From sequence record KT184314.1: 64,000 bases of DNA; one strand, written 5' to 3'. Below, piece by piece: positions 19,579 to 28,636 of the stretch. Both the position numbers and the translations under genes were made by a program. Position 1 is the first letter of the stretch; every line of letters begins with the position of its first letter. This DNA comes from Enterobacteria phage KhF2. The notes beneath the pieces were generated by a model. The model was not told where the DNA came from and did not search any database. It was given only the letters and a program-made list of their open reading frames with translations.

Positions 19579-19600
19579 AAAAGAGCCTCCGAAGAGGCTC
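19579..19600 (-). terminator. rho-independent terminator (GAGCCTC-CGAA-GAGGCTC plus T-run)
   Basis: perfect 7-bp hairpin, A4 5' on plus strand. Confidence 0.55.
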
Positions 19601-19606
19601 CCTAGT

Positions 19607-19942
19607 TTAAATCTTGAAAATTTGCTCATTCTGCCACATATCGTAAAACTTATCACTTACTTTTGTGATAGACGAAGCGTGCATACAATTTAAGAGCCAT
19701 GATGGAGTCTTGCTATCCATGATTATTTTGAGCTTTTGTGCGACGTTGCCATCCATATCTGAAACAACATAATTACCGCGTATTTTACATACAACTTTTC
19801 CAAACAAGATTGCACTTCTTCCTCTTCGGTCATCACAGTACATAACTGTGTCTCCGTGTTTAACGTCCCGTCCGAGACTGTCAACACCTAATTTAGCACC
19901 AGAGATAATGGCATCGTAATCTAACTTCTTTGCTTTAAACAC
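19607..19942 (-). CDS. hypothetical protein
   Basis: 111-aa ORF. Confidence 0.5.
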   Translation of the reverse strand: MFKAKKLDYDAIISGAKLGVDSLGRDVKHGDTVMYCDDRRGRSAILFGKVVCKIRGNYVVSDMDGNVAQKLKIIMDSKTPSWLLNCMHASSITKVSDKFYDMWQNEQIFKI

Positions 19943-20267
19943 GGTATTTCTCCAAGTTTCTTTTTAGATATAACCAACCGTAGTCAGTCCTTTCTACACC
20001 CATAAAAAGTGGAGCCATCACAACTTTACCAAAAGTATTCCTGTGTTGGCAGATTTCAAAAGAATACTCTTTCTCAATGTCAATCCCGTATTTGTACAGG
20101 ACTGCTTTTAAAACTTGTTCATTATCCAGAAGTGTATCTGGAGTCTCACCATACTTTTCAAGTAACGGGTCATTCATAAACACCGTCATAGAAATATTGT
20201 AGTTTGAGAAGTGGCTCTTCTGAGCCACACCTTCTTTATTAATGTTCTGTGAATCCATTATAACCAA
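19935..20267 (-). CDS. hypothetical protein
   Basis: 110-aa ORF. Confidence 0.5.
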   Translation of the reverse strand: MVIMDSQNINKEGVAQKSHFSNYNISMTVFMNDPLLEKYGETPDTLLDNEQVLKAVLYKYGIDIEKEYSFEICQHRNTFGKVVMAPLFMGVERTDYGWLYLKRNLEKYRV

Positions 20268-20994
20268 CCCCTTTTAACCAGCACTTCAGGTTATTAGCAT
20301 CATAATTCAGTTTCGGGTATGAGGTTACATGGAACTGCTCACCATCATAGTAGACAATATCTGCAATCCATAGTCCATTCTCTTTACAGAAGTCTTTATC
20401 TGCTTTAGAGGTAATTGGATTAACTTCTACAAAACCATCTACACCCAAATCCTTTAAGCTACATACAATACCTTTGCAGATAACGCATGTGTCAGATACT
20501 ACCACAAAAAGTTCTTGGCTTTCAAGTTCTACAATGTATTCACCAAGCTGAACTTTAGGGAGATTAGATTGCTTCATAATCTTCCCATCGGCTGCGCGAA
20601 CAATTGCATACCACTCTTTACCATCAACTACTGACATTCTGATGATACACTCTTGACCAGTACGCTTCTCAATATCTGCAAGACGTTTTAAAGCTTCTTC
20701 ATAGTCGTCTGTGTACTTCAGGTCATTATTATGGCAAACGGCTTCCATAGCGCCATTGTGGTCATGCTGTGACAGATAAATCAGACCGTCAAGAACATAT
20801 TGCAAATCTGCCTGAGCATCCAGTGTCTCAATGGGGTCTTTCTCTTCAATTGCTTTTACAAGCTCTTTTGCTTCTTCAAGCATACATAGAGATTGAGATT
20901 TCAAAGACTCCCAATACTCATCACTGTAAGGTTGCTTTTGAGTGTTTCCACAACGAAGATTCCAGTTTTTTACTGATTCTCTTGAGTTAAACAT
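20239..20994 (-). CDS. protein with N-terminal MazG-like (all-alpha NTP pyrophosphohydrolase) domain fused to unknown C-terminal domain
   Basis: N-terminal EEAKELVKAIEEKDPIETLDAQADLQYVLDGLIY resembles the MazG/HisE EExxE...D helix pair; weak. Confidence 0.35.
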   Translation of the reverse strand: MFNSRESVKNWNLRCGNTQKQPYSDEYWESLKSQSLCMLEEAKELVKAIEEKDPIETLDAQADLQYVLDGLIYLSQHDHNGAMEAVCHNNDLKYTDDYEEALKRLADIEKRTGQECIIRMSVVDGKEWYAIVRAADGKIMKQSNLPKVQLGEYIVELESQELFVVVSDTCVICKGIVCSLKDLGVDGFVEVNPITSKADKDFCKENGLWIADIVYYDGEQFHVTSYPKLNYDANNLKCWLKGVGYNGFTEH

Positions 20995-21233
20995 TTGGAC
21001 TCCTTAAAATATCTGTTAACCTTTAGCTCTCGTGTTTCAATATATTCCAGATGTTCACGTAGCTCTTGACGTTTAAGCATTAGGTGCTGCATTTGAGATT
21101 CAACAGCTTCAACCTCTTTAATTATTGACTCTCTGGCATTTGCAAGAATGCGCTCAAGTTCTTCAATCTTGCTGTCAACTTTTGCTACATGACTCACAGC
21201 TTTACTTTTGTTAAACATTTTATTCTCTCTCAA
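20970..21233 (-). CDS. hypothetical coiled-coil protein
   Basis: 87 aa, heptad-rich, charged. Confidence 0.45.
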   Translation of the reverse strand: MRENKMFNKSKAVSHVAKVDSKIEELERILANARESIIKEVEAVESQMQHLMLKRQELREHLEYIETRELKVNRYFKESKCLTQENQ

Positions 21234-21239
21234 TAGTTA

Positions 21240-21737
21240 TCAAGCACAGTTTGCTTTCATTACCTTATGGATTCTTTTTTCAGCATCTTCATAAGTTTCT
21301 TTAGTAATAAACTTAATTGCTGCAATATTGGCATTGTAGAAGAGCCTGAGCTTCGAGTCAATCCTTTTTGTCATTACATCGAATTTATGTTGAAGGTTTG
21401 CTTCACCATAGACTAGACCACCTTTTGTGTAGTAGGTTTGAATAATGTAAAAATCAAAAGATTCTTTTCCAAAGCTTTCAATATCTTTTTTAATATACTC
21501 AGAAGAGGTTTCGTAAGTCATCCAATCACTCTCCTTAGTGACTACCTTCTTCCGAGTCTTCCCAGCAACTTTTCTTTTTGTCACACTGTTAAGCTGTTTC
21601 TTTCCGATATAATATTGTCCAGTCTTCTTACAGTGCACTAAATAGACAAAGCCAAAATGTTTAGTGGGGTCAACTTCCCCACATAAAGATACCCAATGAC
21701 CGTAGGTAGGGCAATTGCCAAATCCTTTAATCTTCAT
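21240..21737 (-). CDS. putative GIY-YIG homing endonuclease
   Basis: N-terminal FGFVYLVHCKKTGQYYIGKK matches GIY...YIG spacing. Confidence 0.5.
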   Translation of the reverse strand: MKIKGFGNCPTYGHWVSLCGEVDPTKHFGFVYLVHCKKTGQYYIGKKQLNSVTKRKVAGKTRKKVVTKESDWMTYETSSEYIKKDIESFGKESFDFYIIQTYYTKGGLVYGEANLQHKFDVMTKRIDSKLRLFYNANIAAIKFITKETYEDAEKRIHKVMKANCA

Positions 21738-22767
21738 TCATACACGGCTCCCAATTATATTTCTTGAAAGAGAAATTGTCTTTTGGATTTCTCTCTTGAT
21801 ATGCTATCCAGAAATGCTGTTCCATTAACTCTAATGGTGTTTTGGTAACAGTCTGTCCATCCCATGACACATAGGTATAAGAATCTTTTTTAGCATAAAG
21901 TTCATAGATAGCGTCAAGACACTCTTTGTAGGTCTCTTTACCCTCTAAAGCATTCATCACAGCTACTTTACCAGCACCTTTTAGGCCGAAGTAGTTGTCT
22001 GCATTATCTCCAGCAACAGCCTGATAGCACAAGAATTTAAAACCTACACCAACTGTTTTTGCAGCTTTTGGTTTTGATTTGATAGGACAATCCCAGATAT
22101 CACCAACATTATTGTCAGCAATAAAGATTAGTGGTGATTTTTCATAGGTCATATCAATGCAGTAAGTCCCTTCAGCTTGTCGAAGGTCTTTGTCAATGCT
22201 CATAAGAGCAGCTTTCTTACCCATCTTTTCAGCTTTAGCAATTACGATTGAATCGGCTTCGAAGCCACCCTTTAAGAGTTTGAATTCTGGTCTTGACAGA
22301 AGATACTCACGACAAGCAACTAAGTGTGTTGGTGTGACAGCATCTTTACGGTTACCTTGATATTGGTGCTCAAGACCTTTAATGTCTTTATGTTTATGCA
22401 CACCTTTCTCTGTTAAATAACCTACCCAAGTTCTCTCTTTACCAACAATCTTAAGCCATTCCTGAAGCACCTGTTGAGTAGCCATGATAGCTTCTTTTTC
22501 ACTCTTAGCTTCTTTCCAAGTCTGTCTTTCCCATTCATCTTCATCAAATGCTAGGCCAAGCTCTTCTACAAGGATTCTCTGGTCTGCTAACCATCTTGCA
22601 GCATCTTTTGCATTATCAAATGATTCAGATTCTTCTGCTGTGAGTTTATTAACGTATTTATATTTTGCTTTCTCAACTACACAAGCACCTTTATAGGCAA
22701 TACTGTCAGAGTCAATAAAAACATGTGTAACTGAATCGGGAAGTTTTGTTAATGTGTACTTCTCCAT
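21727..22767 (-). CDS. RNase H / 5'-3' flap exonuclease (FEN family)
   Basis: 346 aa; acidic clusters (FIDSDSIA, SIDKDL, GDNADNYFG) consistent with FEN/RNase H metal sites; adjacent to SSB as in T4 rnh-32 region. Confidence 0.55.
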   Translation of the reverse strand: MEKYTLTKLPDSVTHVFIDSDSIAYKGACVVEKAKYKYVNKLTAEESESFDNAKDAARWLADQRILVEELGLAFDEDEWERQTWKEAKSEKEAIMATQQVLQEWLKIVGKERTWVGYLTEKGVHKHKDIKGLEHQYQGNRKDAVTPTHLVACREYLLSRPEFKLLKGGFEADSIVIAKAEKMGKKAALMSIDKDLRQAEGTYCIDMTYEKSPLIFIADNNVGDIWDCPIKSKPKAAKTVGVGFKFLCYQAVAGDNADNYFGLKGAGKVAVMNALEGKETYKECLDAIYELYAKKDSYTYVSWDGQTVTKTPLELMEQHFWIAYQERNPKDNFSFKKYNWEPCMNED

Positions 22768-22781
22768 TATGGCTCTCCATA

Positions 22782-22812
22782 TGAAAAAGCCCCATACTAA
22801 GTACAGGGCTTT
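22782..22812 (-). terminator. putative terminator after SSB gene
   Basis: 7-bp stem AAAGCCC/GGGCTTT with 13-nt loop, followed by U-run on minus transcript. Confidence 0.35.
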
Positions 22813-22829
22813 AAAGTAACTTTTAGAGA

Positions 22830-23687
22830 TTAGTCTTCTGTATCGAAGTCTTCATCTTCTTCGTCATCTGGGTCTGGCAAGTCTTCATCGTCACCATCAT
22901 CAGAATCATTCGAAGGTTTGTGGTCTTTTGCGTCTTCTTCAGTGATTTCACCGTTATCTTCAACACCATCAAGACCAAGCATAGCCAGTTCGTCTTCATC
23001 CAGTTCAGGTTCACCGTTAGCACCGTTGCCACCAGTGTAAGGTACAAGAGTATCAATGATAAACTGTTCCTGAATAGGTTTTGTCAGAACATTGTTCTCA
23101 AAAGTGTAGAAGTGAGTAGAAAGAATCACACTACCAAAAGAACCGTTACCGACTGCAATATCTGGATGAATTACATCATAGTTCTTGTCATCTTCATGTT
23201 TATCAGATGCTTGAGCTTTGATTTTCTTCATCGGCTGTTTAACAGCTACACGTTTACCATTTACTTCTTCAATCAGCATTACAGGGAATGACTGTTTAGC
23301 TGTCCACACAGCACCATCTTTATAAGCTGCTGCACGACTTACTTTCAAGATGTAGTAAGTGTCTGCTTCAAAAGGTGGTTTACAACCAAACTTCTCTTCG
23401 AAGTCGTCTGCATCAACTGCTTCAGTAGTAACTTTATCCCATCCTTCTGGATTTTTCTTAGACTTAGTAAACTCTTTAAACAGTTTGTTACCGTCTTCTG
23501 CCAGAATTGATACGCTGTAGTTACAATCTTTTCCTGGGAATTTCTTATCAATAGACTTACCTTTTCCCGGACGTGGTGAAGTATTCAGGTAATAAAACCA
23601 GACATCTTTCAGCAGGTAACGCAGAGTTTGACGTTCAGTACCGTTGTACTTCTCTACCGGAGCTTTCATTTTAACAACTTTAGACAT
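22830..23687 (-). CDS. single-stranded DNA-binding protein (gp32-like) with acidic C-terminal tail
   Basis: 285 aa; long acidic C-terminus (DDGDDEDLPDPDDEEDEDFDTED) typical of phage SSB interaction tails; replication-gene neighbourhood. Confidence 0.55.
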   Translation of the reverse strand: MSKVVKMKAPVEKYNGTERQTLRYLLKDVWFYYLNTSPRPGKGKSIDKKFPGKDCNYSVSILAEDGNKLFKEFTKSKKNPEGWDKVTTEAVDADDFEEKFGCKPPFEADTYYILKVSRAAAYKDGAVWTAKQSFPVMLIEEVNGKRVAVKQPMKKIKAQASDKHEDDKNYDVIHPDIAVGNGSFGSVILSTHFYTFENNVLTKPIQEQFIIDTLVPYTGGNGANGEPELDEDELAMLGLDGVEDNGEITEEDAKDHKPSNDSDDGDDEDLPDPDDEEDEDFDTED

Positions 23688-23760
23688 TATTTTAAACCTC
23701 TATCTCAATTTATGAAGAGTACCAATTCTAATTTGTTGATACTCTATTGTCAAACATTAA

Positions 23761-23910
23761 TTACTGGAAGTTGTGCTTATCTTTAGAAGCTGCTTTACGT
23801 GCAGTTTTTCCAGTTCTTACACGTTTTTCTTCATAGTATTTTGCTGGTTTTCCAACAGTGGCTTTTAAAGAGTCCCCAAAAACTTTTTCAAATGCTTTAG
23901 AGTGTTTCAT
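23761..23910 (-). CDS. small basic protein (49 aa), absent from ORF track
   Basis: ATG overlaps stop of upstream ORF (ATGA coupling); SD GGAGAA 6 nt upstream. Confidence 0.4.
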   Translation of the reverse strand: MKHSKAFEKVFGDSLKATVGKPAKYYEEKRVRTGKTARKAASKDKHNFQ

Positions 23911-24200
23911 GATATTCTCCGATATACTTGATATTCAAACACATTTTCTTTCATTATAAACAGCCAACCAATATTATGTTCAGGTATAGTAATAGTGACT
24001 GTGATAATACTGTGATGGAACTTTTCTTCTACCTCAACACCCCCATCACATTTCATGTAGAGCATTCTATAGAACCTATCAATCTTTGTCAAACACTCTT
24101 CCTGAAATTTATTTAAACTTTTTTCTTCAAAGAAGGGTGTGAACCCCTCTCTTTTATAACTATCACTCAGTTTCAAACGGGCAGTCATCTGCATCCTCAC
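23907..24200 (-). CDS. hypothetical protein
   Basis: 97-aa ORF downstream of primase-helicase. Confidence 0.45.
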   Translation of the reverse strand: MRMQMTARLKLSDSYKREGFTPFFEEKSLNKFQEECLTKIDRFYRMLYMKCDGGVEVEEKFHHSIITVTITIPEHNIGWLFIMKENVFEYQVYRRIS

Positions 24201-26148
24201 TTAATACAGGTGGAATCGTTGAGCTTTGACGTTGTTCTTCAGTATAGACTTCACCAGTCTCACGGTCAAACACTTCATCCTCATAATGAGGCAAAGAGTC
24301 ATCATAATGGTCTTCAGCTTCACCAATACCAAACTGTTGACGAATATTTTCTGCTGCGCCATCAATGTCAACACCACATCCAGAAGCTTTAATAAGACGT
24401 CCTGTATCTGGATTATACCAAGTATGACCAGCAATACCTGTTGACTTACCATGACGACGACACTTAGTTAACTTGATTTTTGTCAAGTTTTTCTTAACTG
24501 GGTCTGGGTCAACCTTGTTACGCATTAACAGAATGTTATTCATAGAAATCTGAAAATACGCACCAGAACCTTTGATATCCTCTTCAGAGATATCTCCACC
24601 TTCAGAGTTAGCTTTCTGACCACCTGCACTCTTACGAACGTGACATACGTTTACCTGCGCATACTGGTAGCGTTTGCAACGACGCAATAGCTCAGACAAA
24701 ACTTCTTCTTCATCCGTATCAGAACGTGACAGGGCTAACGTGATAGGGTCAAGAATGATAATCTTACAGTCTAAACTGTTAACAAGATAGTCAACAAACT
24801 CTAGCAGGTTATCTTGGTCAATTGCCCCTTGATGGTCAACGATATGGATACGACGGCCTTTAGATAGTTCTGCGTGTGCTCCTTTTAATTCATCCCAATC
24901 CCGTTCATCATAAGGAATCTCAGAAATCTGCTTGCTCAGGTGGATTGCACAGAGCATCTCCATCAACTCTTCATAGGTATCTTCTACAGGAATTACACCG
25001 ATATTATAATCAGTTTCTTTCCAAGCTGAGTAAATCATCTCACGAGTGTAAGCTGACTTACCTACTGAAGATGGTGCTGCAATAGTTGTAATCTCACCTA
25101 AACCGTAACCACCATAAGTCAGCCTGTTCAAATCTCCGAAAGATTCTGGGAAAGGAATCAATGGAATCTGACCACGATTCTTCATTGCCTCAAAACCATC
25201 TGCGAAGTTCTTGATACCAGCAGGGCAGTAACGGGGTGCATTGTAGATACGCTGCTTAAATCCTTCCAGAACTGTATCTTTTTCTTTATAGAACTTTGTC
25301 CACCATTCGTTAAGGTCTTTTACACCTTCTGGATACTGGAATAAACGAACCTTCTCAATAGGTAGGATACCAGCAGCCTCTTTAGTGGCTTTAGCACCTG
25401 CTTCATCGTTATCAAAGCACAAGTAAATCTCATCAAATGATGTAATGTACTGATAGTTATCCTTGATAGACTTGATGTTTGCACCTGATGGAACAGATAC
25501 GTGACAGTAATTCTTACGACGAGATTTGTCCTTAATCGCAAGAGAAGTCATATAGATTGCTGTCGCACATTCCATCTCACCTTCCCAGATGAATAGACGG
25601 TTACCACCTTCTGGAGCAATCCATGAACCGAACATTGCCAGTTCACCTTTAATGTCTCCAACACCACCAGAAAAGTCTTTTAACTTACCTCGTAGGTGCT
25701 CTTTTGGATGGTCTTCTGGGTAACGGTGACGAACACGATATCCAACATGCTCTAGCTTGCCATCTTCATTGCGTTTGTAAGTTGGGTAGAAATGCGCGTC
25801 AATTTCACCATCACTGTCAATGTCAACCTTGATACCCAAACGCTCAAGAACTTTTGCAGGAATCTTCCTGTCTTTCAAGTCCATCGCTTCAAGGTTTTCT
25901 TTCACATCGTCTAAATCCATTCCACGGAAAGTACGGTTTTTATTGTCTGAACCAGTAGAATAAGTGCTCACGATTTGTCCTTTATCAAAATCCCACTCTG
26001 GGAAACCTTTGTTACAACTAAAGCAAGTCATTGAATAAGAACCATCGTCATGATGATAGATTGAACCAGCATCTGATGAACCACAACGTGGACATGCGCA
26101 ATGACCAACAAACTGACCAGCCTCTTTCAATTTACGACCTTTAGACAT
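24163..26148 (-). CDS. bifunctional DNA primase-helicase (T7 gp4-like)
   Basis: N-terminal Zn-ribbon CPRCGS...CFSC, TOPRIM-like middle, C-terminal DnaB-type helicase with Walker A SSVGKSAYT; start set at MSKGRK with SD AAGAGGTG. Confidence 0.75.
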   Translation of the reverse strand: MSKGRKLKEAGQFVGHCACPRCGSSDAGSIYHHDDGSYSMTCFSCNKGFPEWDFDKGQIVSTYSTGSDNKNRTFRGMDLDDVKENLEAMDLKDRKIPAKVLERLGIKVDIDSDGEIDAHFYPTYKRNEDGKLEHVGYRVRHRYPEDHPKEHLRGKLKDFSGGVGDIKGELAMFGSWIAPEGGNRLFIWEGEMECATAIYMTSLAIKDKSRRKNYCHVSVPSGANIKSIKDNYQYITSFDEIYLCFDNDEAGAKATKEAAGILPIEKVRLFQYPEGVKDLNEWWTKFYKEKDTVLEGFKQRIYNAPRYCPAGIKNFADGFEAMKNRGQIPLIPFPESFGDLNRLTYGGYGLGEITTIAAPSSVGKSAYTREMIYSAWKETDYNIGVIPVEDTYEELMEMLCAIHLSKQISEIPYDERDWDELKGAHAELSKGRRIHIVDHQGAIDQDNLLEFVDYLVNSLDCKIIILDPITLALSRSDTDEEEVLSELLRRCKRYQYAQVNVCHVRKSAGGQKANSEGGDISEEDIKGSGAYFQISMNNILLMRNKVDPDPVKKNLTKIKLTKCRRHGKSTGIAGHTWYNPDTGRLIKASGCGVDIDGAAENIRQQFGIGEAEDHYDDSLPHYEDEVFDRETGEVYTEEQRQSSTIPPVLSEDADDCPFETE

Positions 26149-26341
26149 TAGCACCTCTTCGTTGTAGTTCTTCCTTCAATCCATTTTCAATCTTGTCCAG
26201 TTCATGAATTTCATCTGCAATCTCTTTCCTTCGTGATTCAACTCTCTTAAGACGTTCAATCATTACCTCATTGGAAAGAGATGAGAGTTCCACTAAACGG
26301 TGGTCAATAACTTTAAAATTGTCTTTTACTCTCATCTTCAT
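26141..26341 (-). CDS. hypothetical coiled-coil protein
   Basis: 66-aa ORF. Confidence 0.4.
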   Translation of the reverse strand: MKMRVKDNFKVIDHRLVELSSLSNEVMIERLKRVESRRKEIADEIHELDKIENGLKEELQRRGANV

Positions 26342-26349
26342 TCTCTCTT

Positions 26350-27093
26350 TTAAACTTTAATGATGGCTCTTAGCTTGTTCTCAAGGTCTGCAAGAGTACC
26401 ATTATTATGAATAATGTCACGCTCATATTTTGTAGAAATCCCATTTTCTGAAACATGTGATGAAACTTTGTCCACATTGTCTCTTTTTACTTCAATAGTT
26501 TGGTGTGCAAATCTACTCAGCCATTCAGCTTCAGAGTCAAATCTTAAATCACTGATTAAGACAAAACCATATTGGTTTCTAAGTGAGCACATTTCATGGA
26601 ATCTAACCATTCTTTTTTCAAGGTCTTTAGACCAGAACTTGTCGCCCATTACTTTACGGACAACTTCAGTACCCCAAACCTGTTGAATTTGTCTTGATGA
26701 GAATTTATACTTTTTACTAAACCCCAGACGTGTCAATAGAGTCGGTTTAGCAACCTTCTTAAGCTCCATGATTAATCGTCCGGTTAACTCTGACATAAGC
26801 TTGAAGTCCATATGGTAACGTTCATCTCTGAAGGTGAACTCCATAGCTTCCGTAACTTTAAACATCAGTTCAGAGTATGATAAGTCAAAAACCTGTGGAG
26901 TCTCTTTAGTTTCACCGTACAGGTCATTCCAAGTCAAGTCAAATATCTTTGATGCAGATAGTTTAAGGTTGTCTGCAAAGGCCATTACAGCAACATTGTA
27001 GCCAAACTCATCCTCTAAGATGTTCTTCACAATAGAACATGAGGTGTCTTTTCCAGAACGTGCCTTTCCAGTAAATGCGATAATATTACTCAT
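26350..27093 (-). CDS. deoxynucleoside monophosphate kinase (T4 gp1-like)
   Basis: P-loop GKARSGKDT at N-terminus, similar to T4 gene 1 product as I recall it. Confidence 0.65.
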   Translation of the reverse strand: MSNIIAFTGKARSGKDTSCSIVKNILEDEFGYNVAVMAFADNLKLSASKIFDLTWNDLYGETKETPQVFDLSYSELMFKVTEAMEFTFRDERYHMDFKLMSELTGRLIMELKKVAKPTLLTRLGFSKKYKFSSRQIQQVWGTEVVRKVMGDKFWSKDLEKRMVRFHEMCSLRNQYGFVLISDLRFDSEAEWLSRFAHQTIEVKRDNVDKVSSHVSENGISTKYERDIIHNNGTLADLENKLRAIIKV

Positions 27094-27154
27094 TTTATCT
27101 CCCTTAATTACTAAAAAGCCCCCAACTAAGGAGGCTTGTAAGATTTATAAAGAC

Positions 27155-27955
27155 TTAGTGCAGTTGCTCAGCAGACTCTTTTTCAGCCATAGCTGAGATT
27201 TGCTTCACAAAATCATCACCGAAGTTAATGCGTAGTTTCTCTTCAATGATTGAAGCACCAATGTTCACCAAAACATCATTGATTGCTTGCATACTAACGC
27301 CACCAGTCATTTCCTCAATGAACTCAATACTCACACCCATCATCTGTGACAGTTGGATTAGTGCAACGATATTCATCATCGTAGAGATAGCTGGAATCAT
27401 CAGTGCAACTTTCACCTGAAGTGGTTCAATGTCAGCTACAGAGTCATTTTCAACAGCTTCTTCCAAAGACTCTTTAGTTTGCTGGATAATCTCTTTGATT
27501 CGTGGGTTTAATTCTTCTACGCCCCAATCAAGTTTTTCATATCGTGAAAGTTTCTCTTCCATACGCTTCTCAAGAACAGCCATAACAGCACTCGTTGATG
27601 AGATAAGCGTATCAATAATGAAATCAGTGTCCTTAGTCAGCAACAGTTCCTTATCTTCGTCTGACATCCTGATATAGTCATTCTTTTGCATTTCATAAAA
27701 AATGAACTCAGCAAGTGCATCAACACCAACCGCAATAGATGCCAGAGCAAGTGTAGTGTCTGTTAACATCATGTTGACCTGTTCTGCAAAAGCACCGTTA
27801 TCAGACTTGTCTTCAGGCAAGTTATAGCTTGCAGGCATAAACTGTTCTGTGTAGTTGTTACCACGAAGAATCATAGCCATGCTTTCTACGGCATTGATTA
27901 AGAATGCTTCATCAACACCTTTCTCTTCAAGCATCTTTTCTACATCGATATTCAT
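27155..27955 (-). CDS. highly acidic hypothetical protein (early gene)
   Basis: 266 aa, large D+E excess; second gene of leftward operon from divergent region. Confidence 0.5.
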   Translation of the reverse strand: MNIDVEKMLEEKGVDEAFLINAVESMAMILRGNNYTEQFMPASYNLPEDKSDNGAFAEQVNMMLTDTTLALASIAVGVDALAEFIFYEMQKNDYIRMSDEDKELLLTKDTDFIIDTLISSTSAVMAVLEKRMEEKLSRYEKLDWGVEELNPRIKEIIQQTKESLEEAVENDSVADIEPLQVKVALMIPAISTMMNIVALIQLSQMMGVSIEFIEEMTGGVSMQAINDVLVNIGASIIEEKLRINFGDDFVKQISAMAEKESAEQLH

Positions 27956-27956
27956 A

Positions 27957-28379
27957 TTATTTCTCTCTCAGTTGGTTAAGTTTCTTTCTAGAACATTTTA
28001 AGTTTTCAGATGAAGAAAAGTCAAGTGTCTTTTCAGAACGTGGATAATAGTGCCTATCCCAAGAAGTTTCAACATCGTTAATCAGTGATGCTAGATTACA
28101 CAGGTCTGTACCACTTTGCAACCTCTTTTTAAGAGAATCTAGTAAAGCAACTGTGTCTTTAGCTTTACGTCTCGCTGTAGCAACATCTTTCATATGCTCA
28201 AATACAGAGCATTTTAAGTCATCTTCATAGTCTTCAGACAACTCTATTTCATGTTGTATATCAACCATTCTCCTGTGATGGTGAGCATATTCCCGTTGAG
28301 CAGCAATGTCAAGTTCTTCCAACTTCTGCAAAGCTCTAACAAAGTCAGCTATGTCTGGGTGAACAAACATTTTCTGCAT
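27957..28379 (-). CDS. hypothetical protein (first gene of leftward early operon)
   Basis: 140-aa ORF at the divergent intergenic region. Confidence 0.5.
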   Translation of the reverse strand: MQKMFVHPDIADFVRALQKLEELDIAAQREYAHHHRRMVDIQHEIELSEDYEDDLKCSVFEHMKDVATARRKAKDTVALLDSLKKRLQSGTDLCNLASLINDVETSWDRHYYPRSEKTLDFSSSENLKCSRKKLNQLREK

Positions 28380-28636
28380 GTAAGCCTCTTTTAAGTAGCT
28401 ATTAAGTTTTAATCTTTTATCTTAACGTATTCTATACGTTATACTTTAAAGCTTTTTAAAAGCTATTAAATAATCTTTTAAGAATTTTAAAGTATCTGTA
28501 TAGTTAAACTGTTAAGTAACCTTTTAAGTAAAAACCCACTTCGCAAAGATTAACACCTTGTCAAGTGCATTGTCAACTTGCTTTTTATAATTTTTTGCAG
28601 TAATGTATGAGGTTAATGATTTTAGAGGGAGTAAAA

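Noticed and set aside
22823-23056. 77-aa minus-strand ORF
   Set aside because: Alternative frame inside the 3' end of the SSB gene; product is Met/Lys/Thr-rich low complexity.
28558-28591. Sigma70 promoter call upstream of DNA polymerase
   Set aside because: TTGTCA and TATAAT are present but separated by 22 nt (or 10 nt from the second TTGTCA); kept as an observation rather than a feature.
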